Shown: positions 17,783 to 26,467 of the stretch, one piece after another
How the letters are laid out: each line of letters begins with the position of its first letter
How positions within the stretch are numbered: the first letter of the stretch is position 1
DNA from: Gemmatimonadota bacterium
Lineage (GTDB): Bacteria; Gemmatimonadota; Gemmatimonadetes; Gemmatimonadales; GWC2-71-9
DNA: 64,000 bases
Assembly (NCBI GenBank): GCA_016874005.1
Contig: VGVQ01000010.1
Coordinates: forward strand, 67,815-131,814
Direction: 5' to 3'
Made by a program: the position numbers and the translations under genes
Notes under the pieces: model-generated
The model's input: the letters and a program-made list of their open reading frames with translations, nothing else
Told to the model about the DNA's origin: nothing
The model's database searches: none

Positions 17783-17911
17783 CTACCGGCCGAACCGAGC
17801 CTGAAGCCACCACAGCACCAGCAGGGTCACGACCTGGACCGCGAGCACCCGAGCCAGCGTGGTTCGGAATGCCCCGTCGGCCGCTGGCCGCTCCTCGCTG
17901 GCGTCGGACAC
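17783..17911 (-). CDS. possible small single-TM protein between the S9 peptidase and the symporter
   Basis: A GTG at 17909-17911 opens 42 codons: VSDASEERPAADGAFRTTLARVLAVQVVTLLVLWWLQARFGR*. It has one hydrophobic helix. It fits exactly between the S9 stop (17916) and the symporter ATG (17776). There is no homology evidence. Confidence 0.3.
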   Translation of the reverse strand: MSDASEERPAADGAFRTTLARVLAVQVVTLLVLWWLQARFGR

Positions 17912-17915
17912 CGTG

Positions 17916-20522
17916 CTACTCGCTGATCGGCCGGGCTTTGGCGTCCGGCTTGCCCGCGTTCTTGACGTACTTATCCAACCAGGCGCTCCATCGGCCCCAG
18001 AGATCGAGCAGGGTTTCCTTGGTCGCCGGGCCGTGGTCCTCGAACGGATAGAGATACATCGAGGCGGTCTTCCCGAGCCCGTTGAGTGCCTGGAAGAGGC
18101 GAGGCGAATTGATCGGGTCGGTACCCACGTTCTGATCGGCGAGGCCGTGATACAGCAAGAGCGCGCCGGTGAGGTTGTTGGCGTGCAGCAGCGGCGACAT
18201 CGACAAGTAGGTGTCCTTGGCCTCCCACAAATCACGGCGCTCGGTCTGGAAGGCGAGCGGCGTCAGGGTGCGGTTGTAATTGCCGTCGCCCGCGATGCCC
18301 GCCTTGAAGAACGGGGTGTGCACCATCGCGTTGACCGTGGAGAACGCGCCGTAGCTGTGGCCGCCGATTCCCATCCGGGTCCGATCGACGAGGCCGCGGC
18401 GGTCCACTTCGTCGATCACCGCCGCCAGGTTGTTCCGAAGATCGTGCTCGTAGTTGTTGTTCCAGCGGCCCTCCGGGCCGACGATCGGGGCGTCGGGCTC
18501 CACCACCGCGTACCCGGCTCGGGCCAGGAACTGCATCGACCGGGCGTTGAACGACGGGAAGGCATTCTTGTCGTGGGTCTTGGCACCGCGGTCGTATTCT
18601 TCCTGGCCCGCGAACTCCCGGGGATAGAACCAGAACATCGCCGGGAGCCGGGTACCGGCCTGGTGACCGGGCGGCAAGGTCACGTTGACCTTGAACTTGA
18701 AGCCATCGGGCCGCTCGACCAGAAAGCTCTCGCGGGGCGCGGCGGTCAGATCAGGAGTGGGGTCGACGTTCTGGGTGAGTTGGACCCGTCGCCCCCCCTC
18801 GTGCAGGAACGCCTGCGGAGCCGCCGTCGGCGATTCCCGAGAGACCACCAGGCTCGGCGTGGCGAGATCGCGCACCGCCAACAGTCGCTCCGAGACCCCC
18901 TCGTTGCTGCTCTCGTAGAGCCGAGTCCGCACCGTTCCCCGAATCGAGGTCTTGTCGATGAACCGCTTGGGACCGACCGCCAGTGGGTCCGCCGCGTACT
19001 CGGTTCCGTAGAAGTAGACATGGTTGCCGTCCGCTGTCGTGGCGACCACTTGCCCGGAACCACTCGACCCCCCGAAGCCCCCGAACCCGCCAAACGGGTT
19101 CGGCTGCGGCACGGTTCCGTCCGCGAGCAGCAGGGTACCGGGATGGGCTCGGGGATCGTCGGATCGATATCGGACCAGCGTCAGCTTCTTGGCCGGTTCG
19201 GCCAGCACGACGGCAAACTCGTGCTGCTGTTGCCCCACCCGTTCGCCCGCGAAGATCGTCTTGTGGTCCGGGGCGTACCGGACGTTGCTGATCCGGCCCT
19301 CGTTTTCGAACAGGATCGATCGGCTGACGCTGTCGAACGGCGCCCGCCACTGATAGAGCCGGTCCTTGCGCCGACTGCGCCCGGCGGGATCGTCGTTCGG
19401 CGGCGCGCTGTCGGCGCGGGGCTCCTGCTCGAGGTAACTCAATCCCTGGCCGTCCCGGCGCCAGGCAACTTCCCTCTTGCCCCTGACCGGGCCGTCGCCG
19501 CCGCCCACCCCGGGAGCCGTCGCCACCCGCGCGGTGTCCGCCCCGAGGTTGAGCGGCTCGTCGCCGATCCTCGCGAGCATCCGGCCCGAGAGATCCCAAA
19601 TCTCGTCCATCGTTCCGAAGTTGCTCACCGGGACGATATACGAGAACGGCTTCACCATCCGCCCCACTCGCAGGTAGCGGCCGTCGGGCGAGAGGTCGGC
19701 CCGCTCGATCATGGCAGGCTGCCCGATCTTCGCCACCGTCTTGGTCTGGACGTCGACCAAGACCAGCTGCCCGGTGGTATGCCACTCCAACAGCGCCTGG
19801 TCATATGGCGTCGCCAGCAGGCTCGCGAAGTTGCGGAGCCGGTTCTTGTCGGTCTCCTCGGCAAGTTTGACCTGGGGGCCGGTCGGGACGGCCGGGCGCT
19901 CTGGCATCGCAGACCGGCCCTCGGGTACCAAGACCGCCAGCAGCGAGCGGCTGTCGTCGCTCCACTCGAAACGAGTGGCCAAGGTCGCCAGCACGGGCTG
20001 GCGGGTGACCTGGCGAGCCCGCCCGGTGAGATCGCTGACCCAGAGGTGGGTAGCGTCGGGGGTATGACCGAAGAAGGCCACGCTCTTGCCATCGGGGCTC
20101 CAGGTCGCCTCCGAAATCCGGAGTCCGACCGGAATGACCACCGAGACCTTGCCGCCATCGGTCGCCGAGATGAGCTCGAGTCCCGCGTTGTTTCGGATCG
20201 TCAGCGCTCGGCTTCGGTTCGCTCGGTAGTCGACGAACAGTCCGCCCAGCTCGTGGAACGGCTTGGAGAAGGTGACCATCGACACCGGGCCGTCGCCGAC
20301 CTCGCGGAGGAAGTGCGACCGGTTCGAGTTGATCTGTGTCGGTACCACCAGGTTATGGCGCGGAGCCAGGACCGCGTCGGCGATGGAGGCCGGCGGCGTG
20401 ACGAACGTCTCCGCGCGGATGACCTGATCGACCGGCGACACCGGCGGCGCTTGGTTGGTCTGGGCGCGGCCGGATCCGGCCGCGAACATCAGTGCCAGGA
20501 GCGACACGAGGGGACGGTGCAT
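17916..20522 (-). CDS. S9-family serine peptidase (prolyl oligopeptidase/dipeptidyl peptidase-like) with N-terminal beta-propeller
   Basis: 868 aa with the signal MHRPLVSLLALMFAAGSGRAQ. PD40-like repeats are present (WSPDGKSVAF, LSPDGRYL). The C-terminal alpha/beta domain has GGHSYGA (GxSxG) and later D/H residues. Confidence 0.9.
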   Translation of the reverse strand: MHRPLVSLLALMFAAGSGRAQTNQAPPVSPVDQVIRAETFVTPPASIADAVLAPRHNLVVPTQINSNRSHFLREVGDGPVSMVTFSKPFHELGGLFVDYRANRSRALTIRNNAGLELISATDGGKVSVVIPVGLRISEATWSPDGKSVAFFGHTPDATHLWVSDLTGRARQVTRQPVLATLATRFEWSDDSRSLLAVLVPEGRSAMPERPAVPTGPQVKLAEETDKNRLRNFASLLATPYDQALLEWHTTGQLVLVDVQTKTVAKIGQPAMIERADLSPDGRYLRVGRMVKPFSYIVPVSNFGTMDEIWDLSGRMLARIGDEPLNLGADTARVATAPGVGGGDGPVRGKREVAWRRDGQGLSYLEQEPRADSAPPNDDPAGRSRRKDRLYQWRAPFDSVSRSILFENEGRISNVRYAPDHKTIFAGERVGQQQHEFAVVLAEPAKKLTLVRYRSDDPRAHPGTLLLADGTVPQPNPFGGFGGFGGSSGSGQVVATTADGNHVYFYGTEYAADPLAVGPKRFIDKTSIRGTVRTRLYESSNEGVSERLLAVRDLATPSLVVSRESPTAAPQAFLHEGGRRVQLTQNVDPTPDLTAAPRESFLVERPDGFKFKVNVTLPPGHQAGTRLPAMFWFYPREFAGQEEYDRGAKTHDKNAFPSFNARSMQFLARAGYAVVEPDAPIVGPEGRWNNNYEHDLRNNLAAVIDEVDRRGLVDRTRMGIGGHSYGAFSTVNAMVHTPFFKAGIAGDGNYNRTLTPLAFQTERRDLWEAKDTYLSMSPLLHANNLTGALLLYHGLADQNVGTDPINSPRLFQALNGLGKTASMYLYPFEDHGPATKETLLDLWGRWSAWLDKYVKNAGKPDAKARPISE

Positions 20523-20609
20523 GTGGCGGTGCCTCCGAAGACCGACGAATCCACAGGGCTCTGGCCCAAATTGACCGCCCCAAGCGGCCGATCACAAGGG
20601 TGGCGGCGG

Positions 20610-20637
20610 TTGACGCCGGCCCGGGCGGTGCTACCAT
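20610..20637 (+). promoter_or_regulatory. possible sigma70-type promoter for the downstream S9 peptidase gene
   Basis: TTGACG (20610-20615), a 16-nt spacer, then TACCAT (20632-20637). A GGAGA Shine-Dalgarno sequence sits about 8 nt before ATG 20666. This is a pattern match only. Confidence 0.3.
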
Positions 20638-20665
20638 CTCCGGGTCACCAACGGAGACCGTAGGC

Positions 20666-22720
20666 ATGCCCCGCTTCGACCTCACGGCCTTGGCCTTGAT
20701 CCTGGCCGCCAGCACGGGCCCGCTTGCAGCGCAGCCGAGCCGGCTCACCCCTGCCGATCTGTTCCAGCTCGAGGTCGGCGCCGATCCTCAGATCTCCCCG
20801 GACGGCCAGTGGGTGGTCTACGTCCGCCAGTGGTCGGATGTCTTGACCGATCGGCGTTACTCGAACCTCTGGCTCGCCAAGGCCGATGGGTCGGAGCACC
20901 GGCCCCTTACCTCGGGCAAGTTCACCGAATCGACGCCCCGGTGGTCACCGGATGGCCGGCGACTCGCCTATGTCTCCAACAAAGATGGCGCGGCCCAGAT
21001 CTACGCCCGTTGGATGGACACCGGCACCACCCACGCGATCACCAACCTCACCGAGCCGCCGAGCAGCCTCGAGTGGGCCCCGGACGGCAGCCGAATCGCG
21101 TTCTTCAAGCGGGTCCCGGAGCCACCCCTGGTGGTGGGGCAGTTGCTCACTCCACCGCCCGGCGGGACTTGGGCCCCGGTGCCCAAGTACACCGACAAGC
21201 TGGTGTTTCGGTACGACCAGCTGGGCGAGCTCCCGCCCGGCTACGTCCACGCCTTCGTGGTCTCGGCCGACGGCGGGACCGCCTCCCAGGTCACCTCGGG
21301 CAACTACCACCACGGCGGACTGGTCACCGGAGGCGGCAGCCTGGCCTGGTCCGCGGATGGAACCGAGTTGATCATGCCAGCTCGACGGGGCGAGAACCCG
21401 GAGTGGAACGCCCGGGAAACCGAGTTGTGGAGCTTCTCGGTCGCGGCCGGGGCGGCCAAGCAGTTGTCGCGACGATTCGGGCCCGACCAGTCGCCGGCCG
21501 TCTCGCCCGATGGGCGGCAGATCGCCTACGTGGGCTACGACGATCGGAAGCAAGGATACCAGAACACTCTGCTCTACCTGATGAACCGCGACGGGAGCGG
21601 CGCCCGGCCGGTTTCCGGCAAACTGGATCGATCGGTTGGCAACCCGACCTGGTCGGCGGATGGCCGCGGGATCTACGTCCAATACGACGACCAGGGGAAC
21701 ACCAAGGTGGCGTTGTTCCAAATGGACGGCACCTGGAAAGACCAGGTCCGGAATCTCGGGGGTGGCAGCTCGGCCTACGGCGGCGGGAGCTACTCGGTGG
21801 CCAGGGATGGATCGATCGCCTACACCCTGAGCACCCCCAAAGTTCCCTCGGAGATTGCCGTGCTCCGGTCGGCCGCGGCTCAGCCGCGGGTGCTCACCGC
21901 CCTCAACGCCGACGTGCTCGCCAGCCGCACGTTAGGCGAGGTCGAGGAACTCTGGTGGCCTTCCTCGAAGGACCAGCGGAGGATCCATGGCTGGATCATC
22001 AAGCCGCCGGGGTTCGACCCGTCCCGGAAGTACCCCCTCATCCTCGAGATCCACGGGGGACCGTTCGCCAACTACGGCGACCGGTTCGACGACGAGAAAC
22101 AGCTGATGGCGGCGGCCGGCTACCTGGTGCTCTACACCAACCCGCGCGGCAGCACCAGCTACGGCGAGGAGTTCGGCAATCTGATCCACCATGCCTACCC
22201 CGGCGACGACTTCCACGACCTCAATTCGGGGGTCGACGCCGTCATCGCCAAGGGCTATGTCGACGAGCGGAATCTCTTCGTCACGGGCGGCAGCGGCGGC
22301 GGGGTTCTCACCGCCTGGATGATCGGGAACACCCCCCGATTCAAGGCCGCGCTGGCGTTCTATCCGGTGATCAATTGGGAGAGCTTCTCGCTGACGGCCG
22401 ACATGGCGCCGTCGTCGGTGAACAACTGGTTCCCAGGCTTTCCCTGGGATCACCAGGAGAACTACGACAAGCGCTCGCTGCTCTCGGTCGTCAAGAACGT
22501 CAAGACGCCGACCCTGGTGATGACCGGGGAAGAGGATTGGCGGACCCCGATGTCCGAGTCGGAGCAGTATTACAAAGCCCTGAAGATGCGTGGCGTGGAC
22601 GCGGTGCTGGTTCGCGTCCCGGAGGAGCCCCACGGGATTCGGCGGCGCCCCTCTCACGCGGCCTCCAAGTTGACGACCCTCTACGGATGGTTCGAGAAAT
22701 ACCGCAGTCAGGTGCCCTGA
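20666..22720 (+). CDS. S9-family serine peptidase (acylaminoacyl-peptidase / DPP-like) with TolB-like propeller
   Basis: ATG at 20666 gives MPRFDLTALALILAASTGPLAAQ. PD40-type repeats are present (ISPDGQWVVY, WSPDGRRLAY, WAPDGSRIAF, VSPDGRQIAY, WSADGRGIY). The catalytic motif is GGSGGG. Confidence 0.9.
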   Translation: MPRFDLTALALILAASTGPLAAQPSRLTPADLFQLEVGADPQISPDGQWVVYVRQWSDVLTDRRYSNLWLAKADGSEHRPLTSGKFTESTPRWSPDGRRLAYVSNKDGAAQIYARWMDTGTTHAITNLTEPPSSLEWAPDGSRIAFFKRVPEPPLVVGQLLTPPPGGTWAPVPKYTDKLVFRYDQLGELPPGYVHAFVVSADGGTASQVTSGNYHHGGLVTGGGSLAWSADGTELIMPARRGENPEWNARETELWSFSVAAGAAKQLSRRFGPDQSPAVSPDGRQIAYVGYDDRKQGYQNTLLYLMNRDGSGARPVSGKLDRSVGNPTWSADGRGIYVQYDDQGNTKVALFQMDGTWKDQVRNLGGGSSAYGGGSYSVARDGSIAYTLSTPKVPSEIAVLRSAAAQPRVLTALNADVLASRTLGEVEELWWPSSKDQRRIHGWIIKPPGFDPSRKYPLILEIHGGPFANYGDRFDDEKQLMAAAGYLVLYTNPRGSTSYGEEFGNLIHHAYPGDDFHDLNSGVDAVIAKGYVDERNLFVTGGSGGGVLTAWMIGNTPRFKAALAFYPVINWESFSLTADMAPSSVNNWFPGFPWDHQENYDKRSLLSVVKNVKTPTLVMTGEEDWRTPMSESEQYYKALKMRGVDAVLVRVPEEPHGIRRRPSHAASKLTTLYGWFEKYRSQVP

Positions 22721-22857
22721 CACGAGGAGGGGGCCGGTAGGCGCTCGCCGGCATACTGTACTGGCCCCTGCTCCCTTGCGCTCGTCACGGTAGGTGCGAT
22801 ATTGGGCCCGCTGCCGGGCACCAGATGTGGTTAGAACTGGCCAGCCGGCGTTCGCCC

Positions 22858-24645
22858 TCACCTCCCACCTCTCGAGGATCCCAATGCGGACCACGTCTCA
22901 CCCGTCTTGTGCGGCGGCTTTCGCCTGTCTGGCGCTTTTCGGTGCCGGTACGGCCGCCTCGGCGCAGCCGGCGGCCAATACCCGTTGTTGTTCCTGGCGC
23001 TTGCCAAGGGTACCGGGTCGCCGAGAAATGACAGGCGTTCCGGATCGAATCGCTGCGCGAGCACCCGTTCGGAGCCGCTGGAGACGTAGACCATCAGGTC
23101 GGACGCGACGATGTGCGCCGCGATCAGTCCCGGGAAAACTCGAGAGAGCCCAGGGCGCTCGGTGTGGCCCAGATATGCGATTGCCCCCGATTCCTCGCCG
23201 CTTTCGCCAGTGATCAGAAAACGGGTCCCGTCGGGAAAGAACGTCGGGATCCAGGAGACGCCCGCCGACACGGTATCCCCCACCCGGCTGGCACAGCCAG
23301 GGCGATCCGCCCGGCCGATCGCGAGCCCGCTCACGAAGGTGATCACGATGTCACCCCGGCTACCCCATGCGGCCCCCTTGGCGAGCGGCGCCTCGCAGAA
23401 CGGCCGGGGCGCCGCCTGGTCGAGGCCACGGAGCCACACCTTGCCTAACGCGAGGTAGCCCACGGTCCGGCCGTCGGGCGACCAGAAGGGCGCCTCGGCG
23501 CCGGCGGTGCCGGCCACAGAGTCGGCGACGGGCTTGGCCAAGTCGCGGACCCAGAGCTGGCGATCGCCGGAGGCGGAGGTGGAGATGAAGGCGAATCGCC
23601 GGCCGTCGGGAGAGAGCGCCCCGAAGGAATTCTGGAGGGCGAACTGGCGGCCTGGTGGCGGGAGGAGCGTGGCGAAGGTCGGAGTGCTCGTCGTCTCGGG
23701 GGACCGGAGCCAGCCCCACGCCGCGGCGGCAGCCGCCGCAAGCGCGACAAGAGCCAACAGAGCCTCGGTCCGTCGGCCCCGACTCGGCACTTGCGCCGGC
23801 TCGGTCGCCGCTTTCGCGTCGAGCGCGTCGAGCAACCGCGCCGCCGACTGGTAGCGGTCGGCCGGCAGCTTCTCGAGTGCGGTCCGGACTACCTGATCGA
23901 GCCAGGCGGGCACAGTGTCTCGAACCCGACTCGGCGGGACGGCGCGCTCGGTCACCACCTTGGCGACGATGGCCTGCGGCGTGGGCCCGGTGAACGGCGG
24001 CTCGCCGGTGAGCATCTCGTGGAGCACACACCCCACGGCGTAGACATCGGTCCGGGCGTCGAGGGTCCGCTCGCCCATCGCCTGTTCGGGACTCATGTAA
24101 TGCGGGGTGCCGAGCGACATTCCGGTCTCGGTCATCCGATTGCCGCCGTCGGAGCGGCTGGCCGCGAGCGCGATCCCGAAATCCGCCACCAGCGCGTGAG
24201 CGCCGTGGAGGAGAATGTTTTCGGGTTTGATGTCGCGATGAATGACACCGTGCCCGTGGGCGTAGTCGAGCGCGCCGGCGACCTCCCGCGCGAATCGGAC
24301 CGCGTCGTCGATCGGGAGTTGTTTCTCCCGGTTGAGCCGGTCGCGAAGCGATTCGCCCTCGACGAACGGCATCACGTAGAACACGGTGCCATCGGTGGCG
24401 CCGGAGTCGAACAACGGAAGAATGTGAGGGTGCTGGAGGTTGGCGGTGGTGCGGATCTCGATCAGGAACCGTTCCGCGCCGAGGACGGCGGCCAGCTCGG
24501 GATGGAGCACCTTGATCGCGACGTCGCGGTCGTGTCGGAGGTCGCGGGCAAGGTAGACGGTGGCCATCCCCCCGGCGCCCAACTGGCGCACGACCTGATA
24601 ACGATCCTTGACGGCCGCGGCGAAAGCGGCGGCATCGATCGGCAT
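22858..24645 (-). CDS. Ser/Thr protein kinase - TM helix - PD40/TolB-like propeller; C-terminus apparently truncated
   Basis: Kinase motifs are GAGGMATVY, VAIKVL, HRDIKPEN, DFG and SPE. The TM helix is ALLALVALAAAAAAAWGWL. PD40-like repeats include SPDGRRFAF, SPDGRTVGY and FPDGTRFL. After ...ERLSFLGDPVPLA (codon at 23002-23004) the last 48 codons are R/P-rich and not protein-like. Confidence 0.85.
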   Translation of the reverse strand: MPIDAAAFAAAVKDRYQVVRQLGAGGMATVYLARDLRHDRDVAIKVLHPELAAVLGAERFLIEIRTTANLQHPHILPLFDSGATDGTVFYVMPFVEGESLRDRLNREKQLPIDDAVRFAREVAGALDYAHGHGVIHRDIKPENILLHGAHALVADFGIALAASRSDGGNRMTETGMSLGTPHYMSPEQAMGERTLDARTDVYAVGCVLHEMLTGEPPFTGPTPQAIVAKVVTERAVPPSRVRDTVPAWLDQVVRTALEKLPADRYQSAARLLDALDAKAATEPAQVPSRGRRTEALLALVALAAAAAAAWGWLRSPETTSTPTFATLLPPPGRQFALQNSFGALSPDGRRFAFISTSASGDRQLWVRDLAKPVADSVAGTAGAEAPFWSPDGRTVGYLALGKVWLRGLDQAAPRPFCEAPLAKGAAWGSRGDIVITFVSGLAIGRADRPGCASRVGDTVSAGVSWIPTFFPDGTRFLITGESGEESGAIAYLGHTERPGLSRVFPGLIAAHIVASDLMVYVSSGSERVLAQRFDPERLSFLGDPVPLASARNNNGYWPPAAPRRPYRHRKAPDRRKPPHKTGETWSALGSSRGGR

Positions 24646-25598
24646 TGTCCTCGGTGGCTCGTCCTGAAAGGCTGGTCGAACGTATCGGATGGGCGGGGCG
24701 GGGACAAGTATGCCGGCCCGAGCCCCGGCGACTCGCTAGCTCGGACCCGGCGGGGCCTGTCGGGGTTGGGGCTCGCGTCCTCGAACGGAAGGACGACGAT
24801 GGTCGCCATCGGGACCAGGGCGACGGCCGCGGTCGGGGTTCCGGTCAGCGCGGCCGCGAATTCGGCTGTCGTCGCGAAGCGGGCCGCCGGGTCCTTCGCG
24901 AGCGCCCGGGCGATGGCCGCGCCGATCGGGCCGGCGAGGGACGGCGCGGCTTCCGTGACGTGTTTCACCATCACCGCCTGCGCGGTCGGGCCCTGGAACG
25001 GCGGTGCCCCGGTGAGCATCTCGAACAGCACGCAGCCGAGGCTGTACTGATCGCTTCGGCCGTCGAGATCCCTCATGCCGGTCACCTGCTCGGGGCTCAT
25101 GTACGCTGGTGTCCCGAGCGAAAAGCCGGTCGCGGTGAGGCGCTCACGGCCCTCGTCGCCCGTCCCGAGCGCCAGCGCGATCCCGAAATCAGCCACCGCG
25201 GCCTGACCGTCCTGGAGGAGGACGTTTTCCGGCTTGATGTCCCGGTGAATGACCCCGCGGCGGTGGGCGTAGTCGAGCGCCTCGGCAACCTGGCTGGCGA
25301 GACGAACGGCCGGACCATGGGGAAGGGTGCGCTCCCTGACGATCAACTGGCGGAGGCTCTCGCCCTCCACCAGCGGCATGATGTAGTAGAGCATCCCCTC
25401 GACGTCGCCGGAGTCGAGCAGCCCGAGGATGTGGGGATGCTGGAGGCCCGCGGCGAGTTCGATCTCGCGGAGGAACCGATCGCGGCCGATCGCAGCCGCC
25501 AGCTCGGGCCGAAGCACCTTGATGGCGACCGAGCGGCGAAGCACCCGGCGGACATCGCGAAATGCCGCAAGCCACCCGAGCCGGCTACCTTGGAGCAT
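24462..25598 (-). CDS. second Ser/Thr kinase paralog with degenerate Gly-loop, truncated after the juxtamembrane motif (possible pseudogene/pseudokinase)
   Basis: It starts MLQGSRLGWLAAFRD, where the paralog has LGAGGMATVYLARD. VAIKVL, HRDIKPEN, DFG and SPE are retained. Recognisable sequence ends at ...VVLPFEDASPNPD (about 24759). The remaining 99 codons are not protein-like and overlap the downstream kinase by 184 nt. Confidence 0.55.
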   Translation of the reverse strand: MLQGSRLGWLAAFRDVRRVLRRSVAIKVLRPELAAAIGRDRFLREIELAAGLQHPHILGLLDSGDVEGMLYYIMPLVEGESLRQLIVRERTLPHGPAVRLASQVAEALDYAHRRGVIHRDIKPENVLLQDGQAAVADFGIALALGTGDEGRERLTATGFSLGTPAYMSPEQVTGMRDLDGRSDQYSLGCVLFEMLTGAPPFQGPTAQAVMVKHVTEAAPSLAGPIGAAIARALAKDPAARFATTAEFAAALTGTPTAAVALVPMATIVVLPFEDASPNPDRPRRVRASESPGLGPAYLSPPRPSDTFDQPFRTSHRGQCRSMPPLSPRPSRIVIRSCASWAPGGWPPSTLPATSDTTATSRSRCSIPSWPPSSARNGS

Positions 25599-25629
25599 GG
25601 CCTGGACCAGACCCGGAGTGTGGGCCGCA

Positions 25630-26328
25630 ATGGTTGCCGGAGGCGCGGGCGCCTCGGCACCGGACCTGGCCGGCCAACCGGTCGGCGAAAACGTCTTCCT
25701 GGCCCGTCGGGCCGCGATGGTCCGAGTGATCGCCGCACAGGGCGTCCGGGACCCCGCCGTGCTCGCCGCGATGGGCATGGTCCCCCGCCACGAGTTCGTC
25801 CGCCCGGACGACCTGGAACACGCCTACGAGGATCGCCCCCTGCCGATCGGACAGGGTCAGACCATCTCCCAGCCCTTCATCGTCGGGTACATGACGGAGG
25901 CCATCCGGCCCCGCCAAAAGATGCGGGTGCTCGAGGTCGGCACCGGTTCAGGATATCAAGCCGCCATCCTCGGTCAGCTTGGCTGTGAGGTGTACTCGGT
26001 GGAGATCGTCCCCGAGCTGGCCCGAACGGCGAGCACCCGACTCGAGCGGCTCGGGTATCGCACGGTCCGGGTCCGCCATGGCGACGGCTACGCGGGCTGG
26101 CCCGAGATGGCCCCGTTCGATGCCATCATCGTCACCGCGGCGCCGCGGGTTGTTCCGCCGGCCCTGATCGCGCAGCTGGCCCCGAGCGGCCGAATGATCG
26201 TGCCGGTCGGCGAAGCAGCCGGCCGACAGCAGCTCAGGCTGATCGAGAAAGACTCGGCGGGTAAGGTCGCGGTTCGAAGGCTCCTCCCGGTGCGCTTCGT
26301 GCCCATGGTCCCCGGCACCGGCCGATAA
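25630..26328 (+). CDS. pcm: protein-L-isoaspartate(D-aspartate) O-methyltransferase
   Basis: ...RRAAMVRVIAAQGVRDPAVLAAMGMVPRHEFV...GQTISQPFIVGYM...VLEVGTGSGYQAAIL... is the classic Pcm pattern with the SAM motif. The start is uncertain: ATG 25630 is preferred and ATG 25597 is also in frame. Confidence 0.9.
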   Translation: MVAGGAGASAPDLAGQPVGENVFLARRAAMVRVIAAQGVRDPAVLAAMGMVPRHEFVRPDDLEHAYEDRPLPIGQGQTISQPFIVGYMTEAIRPRQKMRVLEVGTGSGYQAAILGQLGCEVYSVEIVPELARTASTRLERLGYRTVRVRHGDGYAGWPEMAPFDAIIVTAAPRVVPPALIAQLAPSGRMIVPVGEAAGRQQLRLIEKDSAGKVAVRRLLPVRFVPMVPGTGR

Positions 26329-26398
26329 ACGATTCGGTGCCCGCGCGGCGCCGGCCTCCGTTAGGACGACTGTTGGCCCGAGCACGGAACCTACCGGT

Positions 26399-26422
26399 GC
26401 CCTGCCCCTGGCGCCCTGCCCC
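26399..26422. repeat. tandem direct 10-mer GCCCTGCCCC x2 (4-nt spacer) in the promoter region of the S15 hydrolase gene
   Basis: Read directly: GCCCTGCCCC at 26399-26408, tggc, then GCCCTGCCCC at 26413-26422. This is 46 nt upstream of ATG 26468. Function unknown. Confidence 0.5.
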
Positions 26423-26467
26423 GTGGAGCGCCAATATCGTGTCATCGCTACCCTCGAGTCAGCCGCC

